From positions 32,001 to 96,000 of the forward strand of contig JBALDB010000006.1 in NCBI GenBank assembly GCA_036918135.1: a DNA stretch of 64,000 bases, in the 5' to 3' direction. Of this stretch, positions 40,760 through 50,664 are shown one piece after another (within the stretch, counting starts at the first letter, position 1; every line of letters begins with the position of its first letter). The notes below the pieces were generated by a model, which saw nothing but the letters and a program-made list of their open reading frames with translations, was not told the DNA's origin and did not search any database. Both the position numbers and the translations under genes were made by a program. Source of the DNA: Nostoc sp. (GTDB lineage Bacteria > Cyanobacteriota > Cyanobacteriia > Cyanobacteriales > Nostocaceae).

Positions 40760-42178
40760 TTAACCTTTAAAAATTACTGGCGCTGAAACTATACCCTTTG
40801 CCTCTAAAGCCGCTGCAACTCGTAAAATCAACGCTTCATTATATGGTGCTGCTATCAATTGCACACCCAAAGGTAAAGCATTAGGATATTGAATTGGTAG
40901 TGATAAAACTGGTAAACCGATGAAAGAAAATGGTTGAGTAAATAACCCCAAATGAGGACGAACAAGAATTTCTTCGCCATCCAAAATCATAGTTTGTTGA
41001 CCGATTAGCGGCGCAGAAATCGGTGTAGTTGGGGCAAGAATGATATCGACATTTTGAAAAATTTCCCGCACGCGATCGCGATACCATTTTCTAAATCGTT
41101 GCGCTTGTAGATACCAACTACTAGGAATTAACGCCCCAGCCAAAAAGCGATCGCGTGTTGCAGGGTCAAAATCTTGGGGACGCGATCGCAATTTATCCAA
41201 ATGCAGATTTGCTCCCTCGCTAGCCGTAATTAGAAACGCTGCTGCACGGGCACGGTGTGTTTCTGGTATGGTGACATACTCAGTTACACTCAAAGCATCA
41301 GCAACTTTTTGCACTGCTGCTAAAGCTGCCGATTCTGCACCTTTGGTGAAATAATCAGCAGCGATCGCAATTTTGATTGCAGAGATATCTTGATGAAGTT
41401 GTGGTAAAACTAATTCAGCAGGACGGTGAGTGCAAATTGGATCGCGATCGTCTTTTCCTTGTAACACATCAAATACTATAGCAATGTCTTGCACCGAACG
41501 TGCAAAACACCCAATGTGGTCAAAACTGCTAGAAAATAAAGCTACTCCAGCGCGAGACAATCTGCCATAAGTCGGCTTTAAACCAAAAACCCCACACAAC
41601 GCCGCCGGAACGCGAATCGAACCATTAGTATCAGAACCCAGCGTCAGCGGAACCAAACCACCAGCAACAGCCGCCGCCGAACCACCCGACGAACCCCCAG
41701 CAACTCGTAGTAAATCGTGTGGGTTGTGAGTAACACCGTAATGGGAATTTTCCGTCACAAACCCATAGGCGTACTCATCCATATTCAAAGCACCAAGCAG
41801 CACTGCACCCGCTTGTTTTAACTTCGTTACTGCGGTTGCATCTTGGATAGCTGCTGGGTTTTCTGCATTGATTTTCGATCCCGCCAAAGTCGTTAAACCA
41901 GCAATATCGAAGAGATTTTTCACTGCAAAAGGTACACCAGCAAGCATTCCAGGGTTATTACCTTGAGCAATTTCTTCGTCAATGCGTGCAGCATCAGCCA
42001 AAGCCACTTCAGCAGTTATAGTTGTAAAACAGTTGAATAGATGATTTCGCATTGCTATTCGTGCTAGCGCAGCCTTGGTAACATGCACTGCGCTAACATT
42101 GCCTTCACGTATAGCAGTTGATGTTGTGATGGCATCCGCTGAATCAAAATTTATACTGGAATATTTAGGAGATTGCAC
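40760..42178 (-). CDS. AtzE-family amidase
   Basis: PFAVKNLFD, NMDEYAYGFVTEN, GGSSGGSAAAV, GSDTNGSIRVPA. Confidence 0.92.
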   Translation of the reverse strand: MQSPKYSSINFDSADAITTSTAIREGNVSAVHVTKAALARIAMRNHLFNCFTTITAEVALADAARIDEEIAQGNNPGMLAGVPFAVKNLFDIAGLTTLAGSKINAENPAAIQDATAVTKLKQAGAVLLGALNMDEYAYGFVTENSHYGVTHNPHDLLRVAGGSSGGSAAAVAGGLVPLTLGSDTNGSIRVPAALCGVFGLKPTYGRLSRAGVALFSSSFDHIGCFARSVQDIAIVFDVLQGKDDRDPICTHRPAELVLPQLHQDISAIKIAIAADYFTKGAESAALAAVQKVADALSVTEYVTIPETHRARAAAFLITASEGANLHLDKLRSRPQDFDPATRDRFLAGALIPSSWYLQAQRFRKWYRDRVREIFQNVDIILAPTTPISAPLIGQQTMILDGEEILVRPHLGLFTQPFSFIGLPVLSLPIQYPNALPLGVQLIAAPYNEALILRVAAALEAKGIVSAPVIFKG

Positions 42179-42315
42179 GTTTAACTTTTTGAGTAATAGC
42201 AGTCTGCATAGTTTTTGCTAGTTACAGCAAAATAGCCCTAAGGCCTAGATCTAAAATACAAGATAATAAAAACCAAATTGGTATAAATTTATCTTTAGGA
42301 CTTTTAGCAGCTTAA

Positions 42316-42504
42316 CTATGGTTCAAATATTGGTGCTACTTCAACTTCCTCTGGTAAAGTAAAAGAATTCACGAGATTAGCGATCGCCTTAATTCTCTCA
42401 AAATTTGCCACCACCCCATCACAATATTCATCTGTTACTGGCAAATCCAATAATAACGCCATCTCCTTAACATACTCACCCACATTAAACCCTTGACCTT
42501 CCAT
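42316..42504 (-). CDS. DUF4089/AtzG-like small subunit
   Basis: YVKEMALLLDLP...GVVANFERI...APIFEP; AGGAG RBS; upstream of the AtzE-like amidase. Confidence 0.85.
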   Translation of the reverse strand: MEGQGFNVGEYVKEMALLLDLPVTDEYCDGVVANFERIKAIANLVNSFTLPEEVEVAPIFEP

Positions 42505-42546
42505 CTCTCCTCCTCTGCGTCCTTGGTGTCTTGGCGGTTCGTTAAT

Positions 42547-42697
42547 TTAACGTGAATTCGATGTAAAGGATTTTGACCTCACCCCCAGCCCCTCTCCTTC
42601 AAGGAGAAAGGAGCAAAAAGCCTAATTTTTCGTTACTCCTCCCTCTCCTCGCTCTCGTGGGAGGTTGGGTGGGTGAGGTCTGTCGAATTCACGTTAA
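42547..42697. mobile_element. MITE-like palindromic element
   Basis: Perfect 15-bp IR ttaacgtgaattcga / tcgaattcacgttaa; internal IR gacctcaccc...gggtgaggtc. Confidence 0.8.
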
Positions 42698-43044
42698 TTT
42701 AAATCTATAACTTCTTGCGGCAACTCAAACAAACCATCTTCCCCAGCTGCAAAATCAATCACCCGATACACAGCATCAATATTTAACTCCCCATAAATAT
42801 GAGGAAATAACTCTCCTATTTCCGCCTCTTGATCGCGAATCTCAGCTTGAATTTTTTGTAAATCAATAAAAAGTAAAACCAAATCTTTTTGATTCTTAAA
42901 AAATCTATTTGCAACTGTAACAATTTGCGTTGACCTAGAACAATGAATAAAACCTTCAGAATCGAGTGAATCAGCCCGATAGCTGCCCAATTTTTTTGCT
43001 TGCTCCCATTGTTGGCGTTTAGCGATGTGGAGAATAGCGTTCAT
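42694..43044 (-). CDS. DUF952 family protein
   Basis: ILHI..QWEQA, SLDSEGFIHCS, VANRFF, FPHIYGELN. Confidence 0.9.
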   Translation of the reverse strand: MNAILHIAKRQQWEQAKKLGSYRADSLDSEGFIHCSRSTQIVTVANRFFKNQKDLVLLFIDLQKIQAEIRDQEAEIGELFPHIYGELNIDAVYRVIDFAAGEDGLFELPQEVIDLN

Positions 43045-43108
43045 GATAATTATTTGCATATTACTGATATTATTCTCAACCAAGAATAAACCAGCTAGAG
43101 TGTTTTAA

Positions 43109-43564
43109 TTATGGGTAATTTGCCGTATATAATATCACTTGGTTAGCTAATTTTTCTAGAGAATAGACAATCTTAATATCAGGACGTACCAGAGATGTTT
43201 GTATCTCTACGTCTTGTCTTCTAGAGTAATGGGGATGAATACCGACGAATAGAGGTTTATTTGTCATCGACCATGCACCTAGTTCATAAAGTACGATAGG
43301 GCAGATACTTTCTTGGGGAAACCAAAAGAGAATAGCCGACGCTAATCGCAGATGTTTGTGTTCCCACTCAATTTGTTTTCTGGATGCATTGGGGTCTTTA
43401 ATTGAAAAATTAGTTCGACGGGGATTTAAAATTGTCCAAGAAGAAGGTTTTAATAGCTGCAACATCTCTGCTTGCCAATCAGGGCAATCACTGATACCAC
43501 CAGCACAAAATATTGCTTGACTTTTGCCGTCAAACTCCTCTGGAGCCTCAATGTATTTATTCAT
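43109..43564 (-). CDS. Nucleoside 2-deoxyribosyltransferase-like protein (Nuc_deoxyri_tr2-type)
   Basis: IFCAGGI..CPDWQ, ILNPRR, QIEWE, ILFWFP, PIVLYELG (putative catalytic Glu). Confidence 0.85.
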   Translation of the reverse strand: MNKYIEAPEEFDGKSQAIFCAGGISDCPDWQAEMLQLLKPSSWTILNPRRTNFSIKDPNASRKQIEWEHKHLRLASAILFWFPQESICPIVLYELGAWSMTNKPLFVGIHPHYSRRQDVEIQTSLVRPDIKIVYSLEKLANQVILYTANYP

Positions 43565-43566
43565 AT

Positions 43567-44076
43567 TTAAAAGTAATAATCTACGCCAGCAATAATTGCA
43601 AGTGCCACAGCATATTGTTCTAAATCTTGTCTGAGTAATTCTAACTCACTTCTGAATTGAGGTTCTTTTTCCCAATTCTGTTCGTGTTTCTTGGGACTGA
43701 CATTCAACGAACGTTCTGCTTCCCACGCTTGTAGTAAAGGATGCCATTTGGATAAAACCGGACGCAATCCTCGGTTGAGAACAGCGATCGCAATTCCTCC
43801 GACTGACTCACGAGATCCACCGATTTCGGGCCCTGCGTCTTTGAGGATTTGTCGGGTAGTACTAAACAGGCTGTGTAAGGATGATAGCGCTTCTCGTAAC
43901 AATCCTTGGTCTTGTTCGGAATCTAGAGGCTGGATGGCAATGCGGGTAACAAGTTCTACATACAGCGACCAAGCCGCCTTACGTTCTGTGGAGTCGGGTT
44001 CCCATTCTGTCCCACCAATACCAAAGGGGAGGTTAACAGATACTTTCTTTAATTTTGCTGGATTTGGTTTGGCCAT
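43567..44076 (-). CDS. Conserved-looking alpha-helical hypothetical protein
   Basis: AAWSLYVELVTRI, GLLREALSSLHSLF, VLNRGLRPVLSKWHP; tightly coupled to both neighbours (20-nt and 2-nt gaps). Confidence 0.8.
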   Translation of the reverse strand: MAKPNPAKLKKVSVNLPFGIGGTEWEPDSTERKAAWSLYVELVTRIAIQPLDSEQDQGLLREALSSLHSLFSTTRQILKDAGPEIGGSRESVGGIAIAVLNRGLRPVLSKWHPLLQAWEAERSLNVSPKKHEQNWEKEPQFRSELELLRQDLEQYAVALAIIAGVDYYF

Positions 44077-44096
44077 TATGTAGATTCCTAAGTTGA

Positions 44097-47000
44097 TTAT
44101 TCAAAATTGAGCGATTTAATATCTATAATTGCTTTTATTAACCGTTCTAAAGGTTCCTTTTCATCAACATTGTCAACAAAACGTACCCAATTTAATTCTT
44201 TGAGAAACAGTAGCTTTGGATCATTTGGGATCTCAGTAACACCTGGTAATAACACTGGAATCAAAGGCAAATCTTCGTTAACGAATCGACTGTTAAGCGA
44301 TCGCAATTCTTGTAGTTGCCATTTTCCCAAACCATTAAGACTAATGAAGATCACACCTGATTTAACTTGCTGGATTCCTTCTTGTATAGCATCTTGAAAG
44401 CTCTTTCCGACAATAATCTCCTTTTTATCCAGCCAGGGATTCAAACCTCGCTGTCGCAGTTGGTTAGCGATCGCTTCTACTAGAGGTTTATCTTTACTAT
44501 TGTGAGATAAAAAGACATCAAAATCATTGGTTGCAACTTTGCCTTGAATGATGGAAGTAGCTGTGTCAATCTTACGCTGCTTATCAGCGGCTTTATCCAT
44601 CTGCGGAATAATAGAAGTAACTACTCCAATTTCGCGTTGAGCATCAGTATCTTTATTTGTTAGTGGAATAAGGAAAGTCCGATCTACTGCCTTCAGACGT
44701 TCCTCTTTATCTAGCAGGGAAATCTGAGTATCACAAGCATTACAACGAATCCAGTTAAAACCAAACTCTCGCCTGCGTGTCGCCTGTAATTCAGTAATTG
44801 GTATTTTGCATTTGAGATTATGACAAACAAAAATGCGGCGACGGCGGATACTTTCTGGTAAAGCCTGCCGCTTCAGGTGGGTATGCACGTACTCTTCAAA
44901 ATGCAGCCTTGTCTCCTCACTCGCTTCAGGTTTAAAGAACAGAGTTAACTCCGCTTTTCCTTCCTCAATATGGCGCAGCCAGATGCCACACTCACCAACC
45001 TGGGCTGTGAATATAGCGGCATTTTTCCACATTTCTTTACGTTTAAAAATTTCGCTGCGAGATAAACGTACAACCAAGGTAGTGTATACATTTAATACAG
45101 CCCCCTCAAACTCAAAAATTACCGCTTTGCCTTCTGGATCTGGAGCTTCTGGCCATTCGCGGGTGAACTGGGAGGGGAAAACTAGCAATGGTGCAGCCTC
45201 AGTGTGTTCTCGCAAAGCAATTTCACGAGTTAATAATTCTTCTACCGTGGCAATTAGCAGTAATTTCTCCTGTTCTTTATCGGCGATGCGTTCATCTTCT
45301 GGCATCCGAAACCGTCCCGCAAGTACGTCTTCTTCGACAAGACAACCCATACCCTCTGGTTCATCTTTGGCAGCGTTTACAATTGCTGAGGCGTAAGCAT
45401 CCAATAGTTCTGGTTGCAAAAGAATCAGATTGCCAAAGCTGAGTCTACGGATTAAATCTCGCGACTCCACTAGCCGAATGCAAGTTTCAAACTTATCTCG
45501 CATTTCTTTGGAATCAGCAAGAGGATTGTTGCTTTGCAAGAAGGCGCGGTACAGGTCATCTGCTGGAGATAAGAGCCTTCGTAATTTTTTTTCTTGAATT
45601 AAAAAAACTTTGATTTTCTGAAATAGTTCTGTAGAACTTTCCTTTGGTAAATGCTCCCAGTCAATAGCGTTGCGAATGGCTGTAGCTAGTTCCTTGATTC
45701 CCAGTCCTTCCTTGGCGCTAGTCTCAAAGTAACCATCAAAACCAAGTTCGCTAACTAAAGCGTTGATGCGTGCCTTAGTAACACCGATGCTACCCCGGTC
45801 TACACGGGCGGATACTAAAAATTTTTTCAAAGCGATCGCAGAATTACCTGGCAAGTTTTGTGCTTGTTGTAAAGCACGGTTCCAATAATATACTCCCGCA
45901 AAGGGTTCGGTTTCACTCCGGGCATCAAATACAATCAGGGCTACTGCCAATTCATTCAAATACAACTGGTGAATCAGCCGATAACCCGGCTGTCCTGCTA
46001 AGTCCCACAAAAGTATTTCCCGCAATTCTTGACGGTCGTCGCTTAACTTCAATTTTTGTTTGTGAAAAGTCCAAACATGACGACCATGGGTTGATTCTGT
46101 GGGGCGAAACTCTCTATCAGTTAGCACCAAACTTAATCCAGACTTGCCTACACCACTTTCACCCACCAGCACCACTTTGGCATTTCTATATAGATCGGAG
46201 GGATTCGCAGGAGGTGCATTGAGTAAAACGTCTGGGTCGATTTGCCAAATGCGGATGGCAATGTCTGCTTCCCCCAAAGTTGCCAAAATGGGTTTTGTAG
46301 TGTGGAAAGCTAACCCAAAAGGCAATGATTTAAAAGTTGCTTCCTCCAGGACTGTTACTGTTTCCCAAGTGTCGCAGCGCCAGAGACGAACAGTACCATC
46401 AGAAGATTTAGAACCCAGCAATTTAGCATCATTAGAGAATTCCAAACAGTTTACCGATCCTGTATGTCCTTCTAAAACAAATAATGTTTGCCCTGTTTGG
46501 GGGTTCCATAAGCGGATTGTATTGTCACGCGAAGCTGATGCTACCATCTGCCCATCTGGAGACCATGCGACGCTGTAAACATCTGCCGAATGTCCTACCA
46601 GAGTTTTTTGCAGTTTAGTTGTTTCTTTATTCCAAAGTTTGATTGTGCTGTCATGAGAAGCAGATGCTAACATTTTCCCATCTGGCGACCATGCCAAACT
46701 ATTCACTTGTGCCGAATGTCCTTCGATGGTTTTGTATTGTTCTGTTTTGATATACCCCAATATAATCGACCAATCATCCCCCATCCCACCTACGGCAAGT
46801 ATCTGACTATCAGGTGACCATGCCATAGTCAGACATACACCAGTATGCATGGGAATTGTCTTTTCGAGTTCGCCCGTCTCTGTTTTCCAAAAGCGGATGG
46901 TGTTATCAGCAGATCCAGAAGCAATTGATTTGCCATCTGGCGACCAAGCAACTGTCCAAACCCGTCCTTTATGACCCTCAAGGGTGCGTATACATTCGCC

Positions 47001-47165
47001 AGTATCTACAGACCAAAGTTTAATTGTGCTGTCAAATGATGGTGAGGCTAGCATCGTACCATCTAGAGACCATTCCACTCGACTAATTAACCCATTGTGC
47101 CCCCGAAGCGTATGTTTCAGTTGCCAACCAAATGGGATTTCGCTGGGATTGACTGGATTTTTCAT
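44097..47165 (-). CDS. ROCO-family protein: 7x WD40, Roc GTPase, COR, putative Zn ribbon, TIR
   Basis: Seven GH...W(S/K/N/R)-type repeats; G1 GESGVGKS, G2 ESTHG, G3 WDLAGQ, G5 ETSAK; CHNLKC...CNAC; TIR FDVFLSHNSKDK...PWLD...KWQLQEL...IPVLLPG. Confidence 0.9.
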   Translation of the reverse strand: MKNPVNPSEIPFGWQLKHTLRGHNGLISRVEWSLDGTMLASPSFDSTIKLWSVDTGECIRTLEGHKGRVWTVAWSPDGKSIASGSADNTIRFWKTETGELEKTIPMHTGVCLTMAWSPDSQILAVGGMGDDWSIILGYIKTEQYKTIEGHSAQVNSLAWSPDGKMLASASHDSTIKLWNKETTKLQKTLVGHSADVYSVAWSPDGQMVASASRDNTIRLWNPQTGQTLFVLEGHTGSVNCLEFSNDAKLLGSKSSDGTVRLWRCDTWETVTVLEEATFKSLPFGLAFHTTKPILATLGEADIAIRIWQIDPDVLLNAPPANPSDLYRNAKVVLVGESGVGKSGLSLVLTDREFRPTESTHGRHVWTFHKQKLKLSDDRQELREILLWDLAGQPGYRLIHQLYLNELAVALIVFDARSETEPFAGVYYWNRALQQAQNLPGNSAIALKKFLVSARVDRGSIGVTKARINALVSELGFDGYFETSAKEGLGIKELATAIRNAIDWEHLPKESSTELFQKIKVFLIQEKKLRRLLSPADDLYRAFLQSNNPLADSKEMRDKFETCIRLVESRDLIRRLSFGNLILLQPELLDAYASAIVNAAKDEPEGMGCLVEEDVLAGRFRMPEDERIADKEQEKLLLIATVEELLTREIALREHTEAAPLLVFPSQFTREWPEAPDPEGKAVIFEFEGAVLNVYTTLVVRLSRSEIFKRKEMWKNAAIFTAQVGECGIWLRHIEEGKAELTLFFKPEASEETRLHFEEYVHTHLKRQALPESIRRRRIFVCHNLKCKIPITELQATRRREFGFNWIRCNACDTQISLLDKEERLKAVDRTFLIPLTNKDTDAQREIGVVTSIIPQMDKAADKQRKIDTATSIIQGKVATNDFDVFLSHNSKDKPLVEAIANQLRQRGLNPWLDKKEIIVGKSFQDAIQEGIQQVKSGVIFISLNGLGKWQLQELRSLNSRFVNEDLPLIPVLLPGVTEIPNDPKLLFLKELNWVRFVDNVDEKEPLERLIKAIIDIKSLNFE

Positions 47166-47702
47166 AAATCAGTTTTGTTTAGTAATTAATAAATCAAGAG
47201 TCAAAAAACCTTTTAATTTCTAGCTTTCTATGAGTTGTCATCTGCTGACTTCTGTCTAACTGCACTAATATTATGTTTGGATGAATGCTTATAATTAGGA
47301 CTGACACGGGGACACGGAGACGCTCTGACGCTGAGAATTTAGAATTATAAGTAATTAAACTAACTTTATATTAAGTTCTTGACTAGACAAACAGTCAGAT
47401 TTTTTGTTTCTAGATAATATATATGTACTCCATTTTGTATTATGTCCTCAATTGAAGCATTAATTGGCTCAAATAATTGTTATTGTTAAATTAACTAATC
47501 AGTTCCTAGTCTGGCAGAATATCTGAGAAGTATTAGATTGATTCTTCCTTGCTCCCTTCCCAACAGTGGAACTATTTACATAAAGTCCTCTTTTTAGTAG
47601 GATTTTAGGAGTATTTCCGATGATTAAGATTTGGCGATCGCCGCGTGGCTTTTCAGACATCTTTATCAAGATAATATATCAAATTTTCTTTACATATCAT
47701 TA

Positions 47703-47778
47703 GGAAATTTAAAGGAAATTTCAGGCAATTAGTGGCAATTATCGGCAATTGATAAAAATATCTTTTTTGAAGTATAAT
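47703..47778 (+). promoter_or_regulatory. Phased direct-repeat array overlapping the putative promoter of the NACHT gene
   Basis: GGAAATT (47703, 47714), GGCAATT (47724, 47734, 47744); TTGATA 47749-47754, 18 nt, TATAAT 47773-47778. Confidence 0.7.
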
Positions 47779-48029
47779 GAAGTGTTTGGTTTGAGCTAAA
47801 ATAAAAACCTAGACCATTTATAACCAATTCAAAATAATGCTGATTAAAAGATTTTTTTTCTGGAAAGATGGCATGTTACCTTGAAGAGATTATGTATGAA
47901 ACTACAGAAACGAATAGAAATTTTGGATAGAGTCTTGTTAGACAAGGGCTAGGGTAGTTAAAACCTATTGTATCTTAAGGATACATTTTCAGGTTTTCTT
48001 AATTTCAACCAATCAAAAAGGACAACAAG

Positions 48030-50441
48030 ATGGCATCAATTCAAGTCGAATTAAAGGTTTTTCAATCCTTAAAACAAGCGTACTCAGAGAAATTTGGCGG
48101 CTCACCGAGTTCTTTAATTCACAGATTAAATCAGTCAGAAGATAAAAGTGATAATCTAATGGCTGATAGAACTATCCGGTCTTTTTTTAATGCTGCCACA
48201 CCACCCAAAATGCAGGAAAAAAATCTCAATTATTTATGTAGGGTACTTTTAAACCAGAACAGCTATCAAGAAGCTTTAAGAGAAATCAGCAATATAAACT
48301 CTGATGTTGAAGGAGATTGGCTAGATCCTTATTGGAAGCACTTAGAAAGAAAGTGCAATAAAATGCGGATACTAGATATGAATGAACCAATACCTATAGA
48401 TAATATTTATGTAAATTTTAAAATACTCAAGAATATTCAGGGACGCAGGCAGCAAACTCTTGAATACCTATTAAATAATTTAGAATTAGAAGCTCTGATT
48501 AATCCAAACTTTAAGCGTTTATTTTTTTCTAGCAATGAAGTGACAATGCCAGCCTTAGAAGCTGCAACCCAGCACTTAAAACTGATGGTATTGGGCAAAC
48601 CAGGAGCAGGTAAGACGACATTTTTAAAGTATCTAGCTATGCACTTTTCCCAAGAAGCATCAATGGGAAAAATTGTGCCTATTTTTATTCGTTTGCGAGA
48701 TATATCCGAAAATAAAATCAATAGGAGCTTAACTGAAACTGTAATTTCTGAATTTACCGAATATATCCCGGATTCTGAGAAAAAAGTGCGTCATTTACTA
48801 GAAAGTGGACGGGCTTTAATTTTGTTAGATGGTTTAGATGAAGTGAAAGTAGAAAATGATAATGACAATATTTATCGACAAATTGATGAACTTACCAATT
48901 CATTTCCAGATAATCGGTTTATAATAACTTGTCGGAATGCAGCCTGTGATTACGTTTTTGATGATTTTACAGAGGTAGAGATTGCCGATTTTGAAAAGGA
49001 AGAAATTAAGACATTTGTTCGCCAGTGGTTTCAAGCGCGTGGAGAAGAAGAAAAAACTAGCGATCGCTTTTTAGAAAAATTAGAAGAAAATCAGGCAGTC
49101 AAAGAATTAGCCACAAGTCCTTTACTATTGACGATTTTGTGTTTGACATTTGAAGATACTTATAATTTCTCTGTAAATCGCTATGCTCTATATGCAGATG
49201 CAGTAGATTCTCTGTTGAGAAGATGGGATGCTAGCCGTCGGATAGAACGTCAACCCGAACTTGAACTATCACGACAACGGAAAATTAATATGTTTAGTGA
49301 AATAGCTTATCATGGCTTCAGCCAAAACCCTCCTAAATTTTTATGGCAACAGTGGGAATTGGAAAAGCAAATTGTCCAATTTCTGCATAATCTTATTGCC
49401 GATATAGATTCACAAGAAGTGCTAAGAATTATTGAAGCCAACTATGGTTTGCTAATCAAACAATCTAAGGGAATATACTCCTTTTCTCATCTGACATTTC
49501 AGGAATTTTTCGCTGCCGAATACATAGTAGAAAATCGCAACCCCAAATTTTTGAAAAATTTTGTTGAACAAAATTTAATAGTGCGCCAATGGCGAGAGGT
49601 ATTTATTTTAATTACTCAGCGACTAAGCAATGCTGATGAATTTCTCAAACTAATGTTTAAATGTACCCATGACATCGTAAAACAGAGTCAGGGATTGCAA
49701 GACATGCTCAATTGGCTACATAGAATGACAACTGACTCTCACATTAACTCTAGTTCTTGGAGAGCTTATTATTTAGCAATTGATTTAGATGTTGACCTCT
49801 ACATCAGTCGTGATATTGAAATTGACCGGACGACCTTTGCAAAATTTGCAACGGAACTCAGAAAATATAATGACAACTATCATAAATTAATTCCTCCACA
49901 ACCAAGAGCTTTACTAATTTCTCGATTAGCAGCCATTCATGCTTTAGCTGTGGATCGTTCTCACGCAGATATGCCTAATGAATATATAAGCTTGAAAAAT
50001 TCAAATGAATTTACTATTAAACGACTGCAAATTGGTAATGATACGGAGGTTGATATTAATGAAAAGCTAGATTTTGCAATTGAGAAAGCCCAAGAAGAAA
50101 ATCTAACTGATTTAACTAGAGAATTAATTGATTTGCAAAGTCATCATCCATCGAGTCATGCTGCAAATCAAGAATGGCAAAAATGGGCAGAAAAATTACG
50201 ACAACTTATGCTTAAATATCTCGATGCTGGTTATAAAGTGAACCTTGCTACCGCAGATGTTAAAGCTTTAGAAAGTTATATTTATGCAAATTACCTATTA
50301 TTTAATTGCATTTGTGGAGAAATTTATTGTTCTAGAGAGCTGCGTGAGGAAATTTTAGATAATTTACTATTACCTACAAATGAAATACCACCTCATCTAT
50401 TAAGTGGTTATGATGTCAAAAATATTTCTTTGAAACAATAG
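48030..50441 (+). CDS. NACHT-family STAND NTPase with putative N-terminal HTH and C-terminal helical domain
   Basis: Walker A GKPGAGKTT, Walker B LILLDGLDE, ITCR, SPLLL, FSHLTFQEFFAA, WREV, C-terminal YANYLLFNC...REEILDNLLLP; AAGGA RBS. Confidence 0.93.
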   Translation: MASIQVELKVFQSLKQAYSEKFGGSPSSLIHRLNQSEDKSDNLMADRTIRSFFNAATPPKMQEKNLNYLCRVLLNQNSYQEALREISNINSDVEGDWLDPYWKHLERKCNKMRILDMNEPIPIDNIYVNFKILKNIQGRRQQTLEYLLNNLELEALINPNFKRLFFSSNEVTMPALEAATQHLKLMVLGKPGAGKTTFLKYLAMHFSQEASMGKIVPIFIRLRDISENKINRSLTETVISEFTEYIPDSEKKVRHLLESGRALILLDGLDEVKVENDNDNIYRQIDELTNSFPDNRFIITCRNAACDYVFDDFTEVEIADFEKEEIKTFVRQWFQARGEEEKTSDRFLEKLEENQAVKELATSPLLLTILCLTFEDTYNFSVNRYALYADAVDSLLRRWDASRRIERQPELELSRQRKINMFSEIAYHGFSQNPPKFLWQQWELEKQIVQFLHNLIADIDSQEVLRIIEANYGLLIKQSKGIYSFSHLTFQEFFAAEYIVENRNPKFLKNFVEQNLIVRQWREVFILITQRLSNADEFLKLMFKCTHDIVKQSQGLQDMLNWLHRMTTDSHINSSSWRAYYLAIDLDVDLYISRDIEIDRTTFAKFATELRKYNDNYHKLIPPQPRALLISRLAAIHALAVDRSHADMPNEYISLKNSNEFTIKRLQIGNDTEVDINEKLDFAIEKAQEENLTDLTRELIDLQSHHPSSHAANQEWQKWAEKLRQLMLKYLDAGYKVNLATADVKALESYIYANYLLFNCICGEIYCSRELREEILDNLLLPTNEIPPHLLSGYDVKNISLKQ

Positions 50442-50664
50442 AATTTTGACAAATTCTTGAGGATTAGCAGAATGCCAATTCACTAATTTCAGAAACTAAA
50501 AAACTTTTGTCTTAACTAAATACAAAAATTTGGTTGCGAAAAGTCCAGGTTTCATGCTGAATAGACATTCTAGAAGATATGTCCAAAAATTATAATTATT
50601 TATAAACACTCTTTTGAGGAAAAATAGTGATATACTTCTCCTTGTTGATAGTGGTGTTACAAGA

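Noticed and set aside
44107..47223. Several plus-strand ORFs of 79-187 aa
   Set aside because: Antisense shadows of the WD40-Roc-COR-TIR gene
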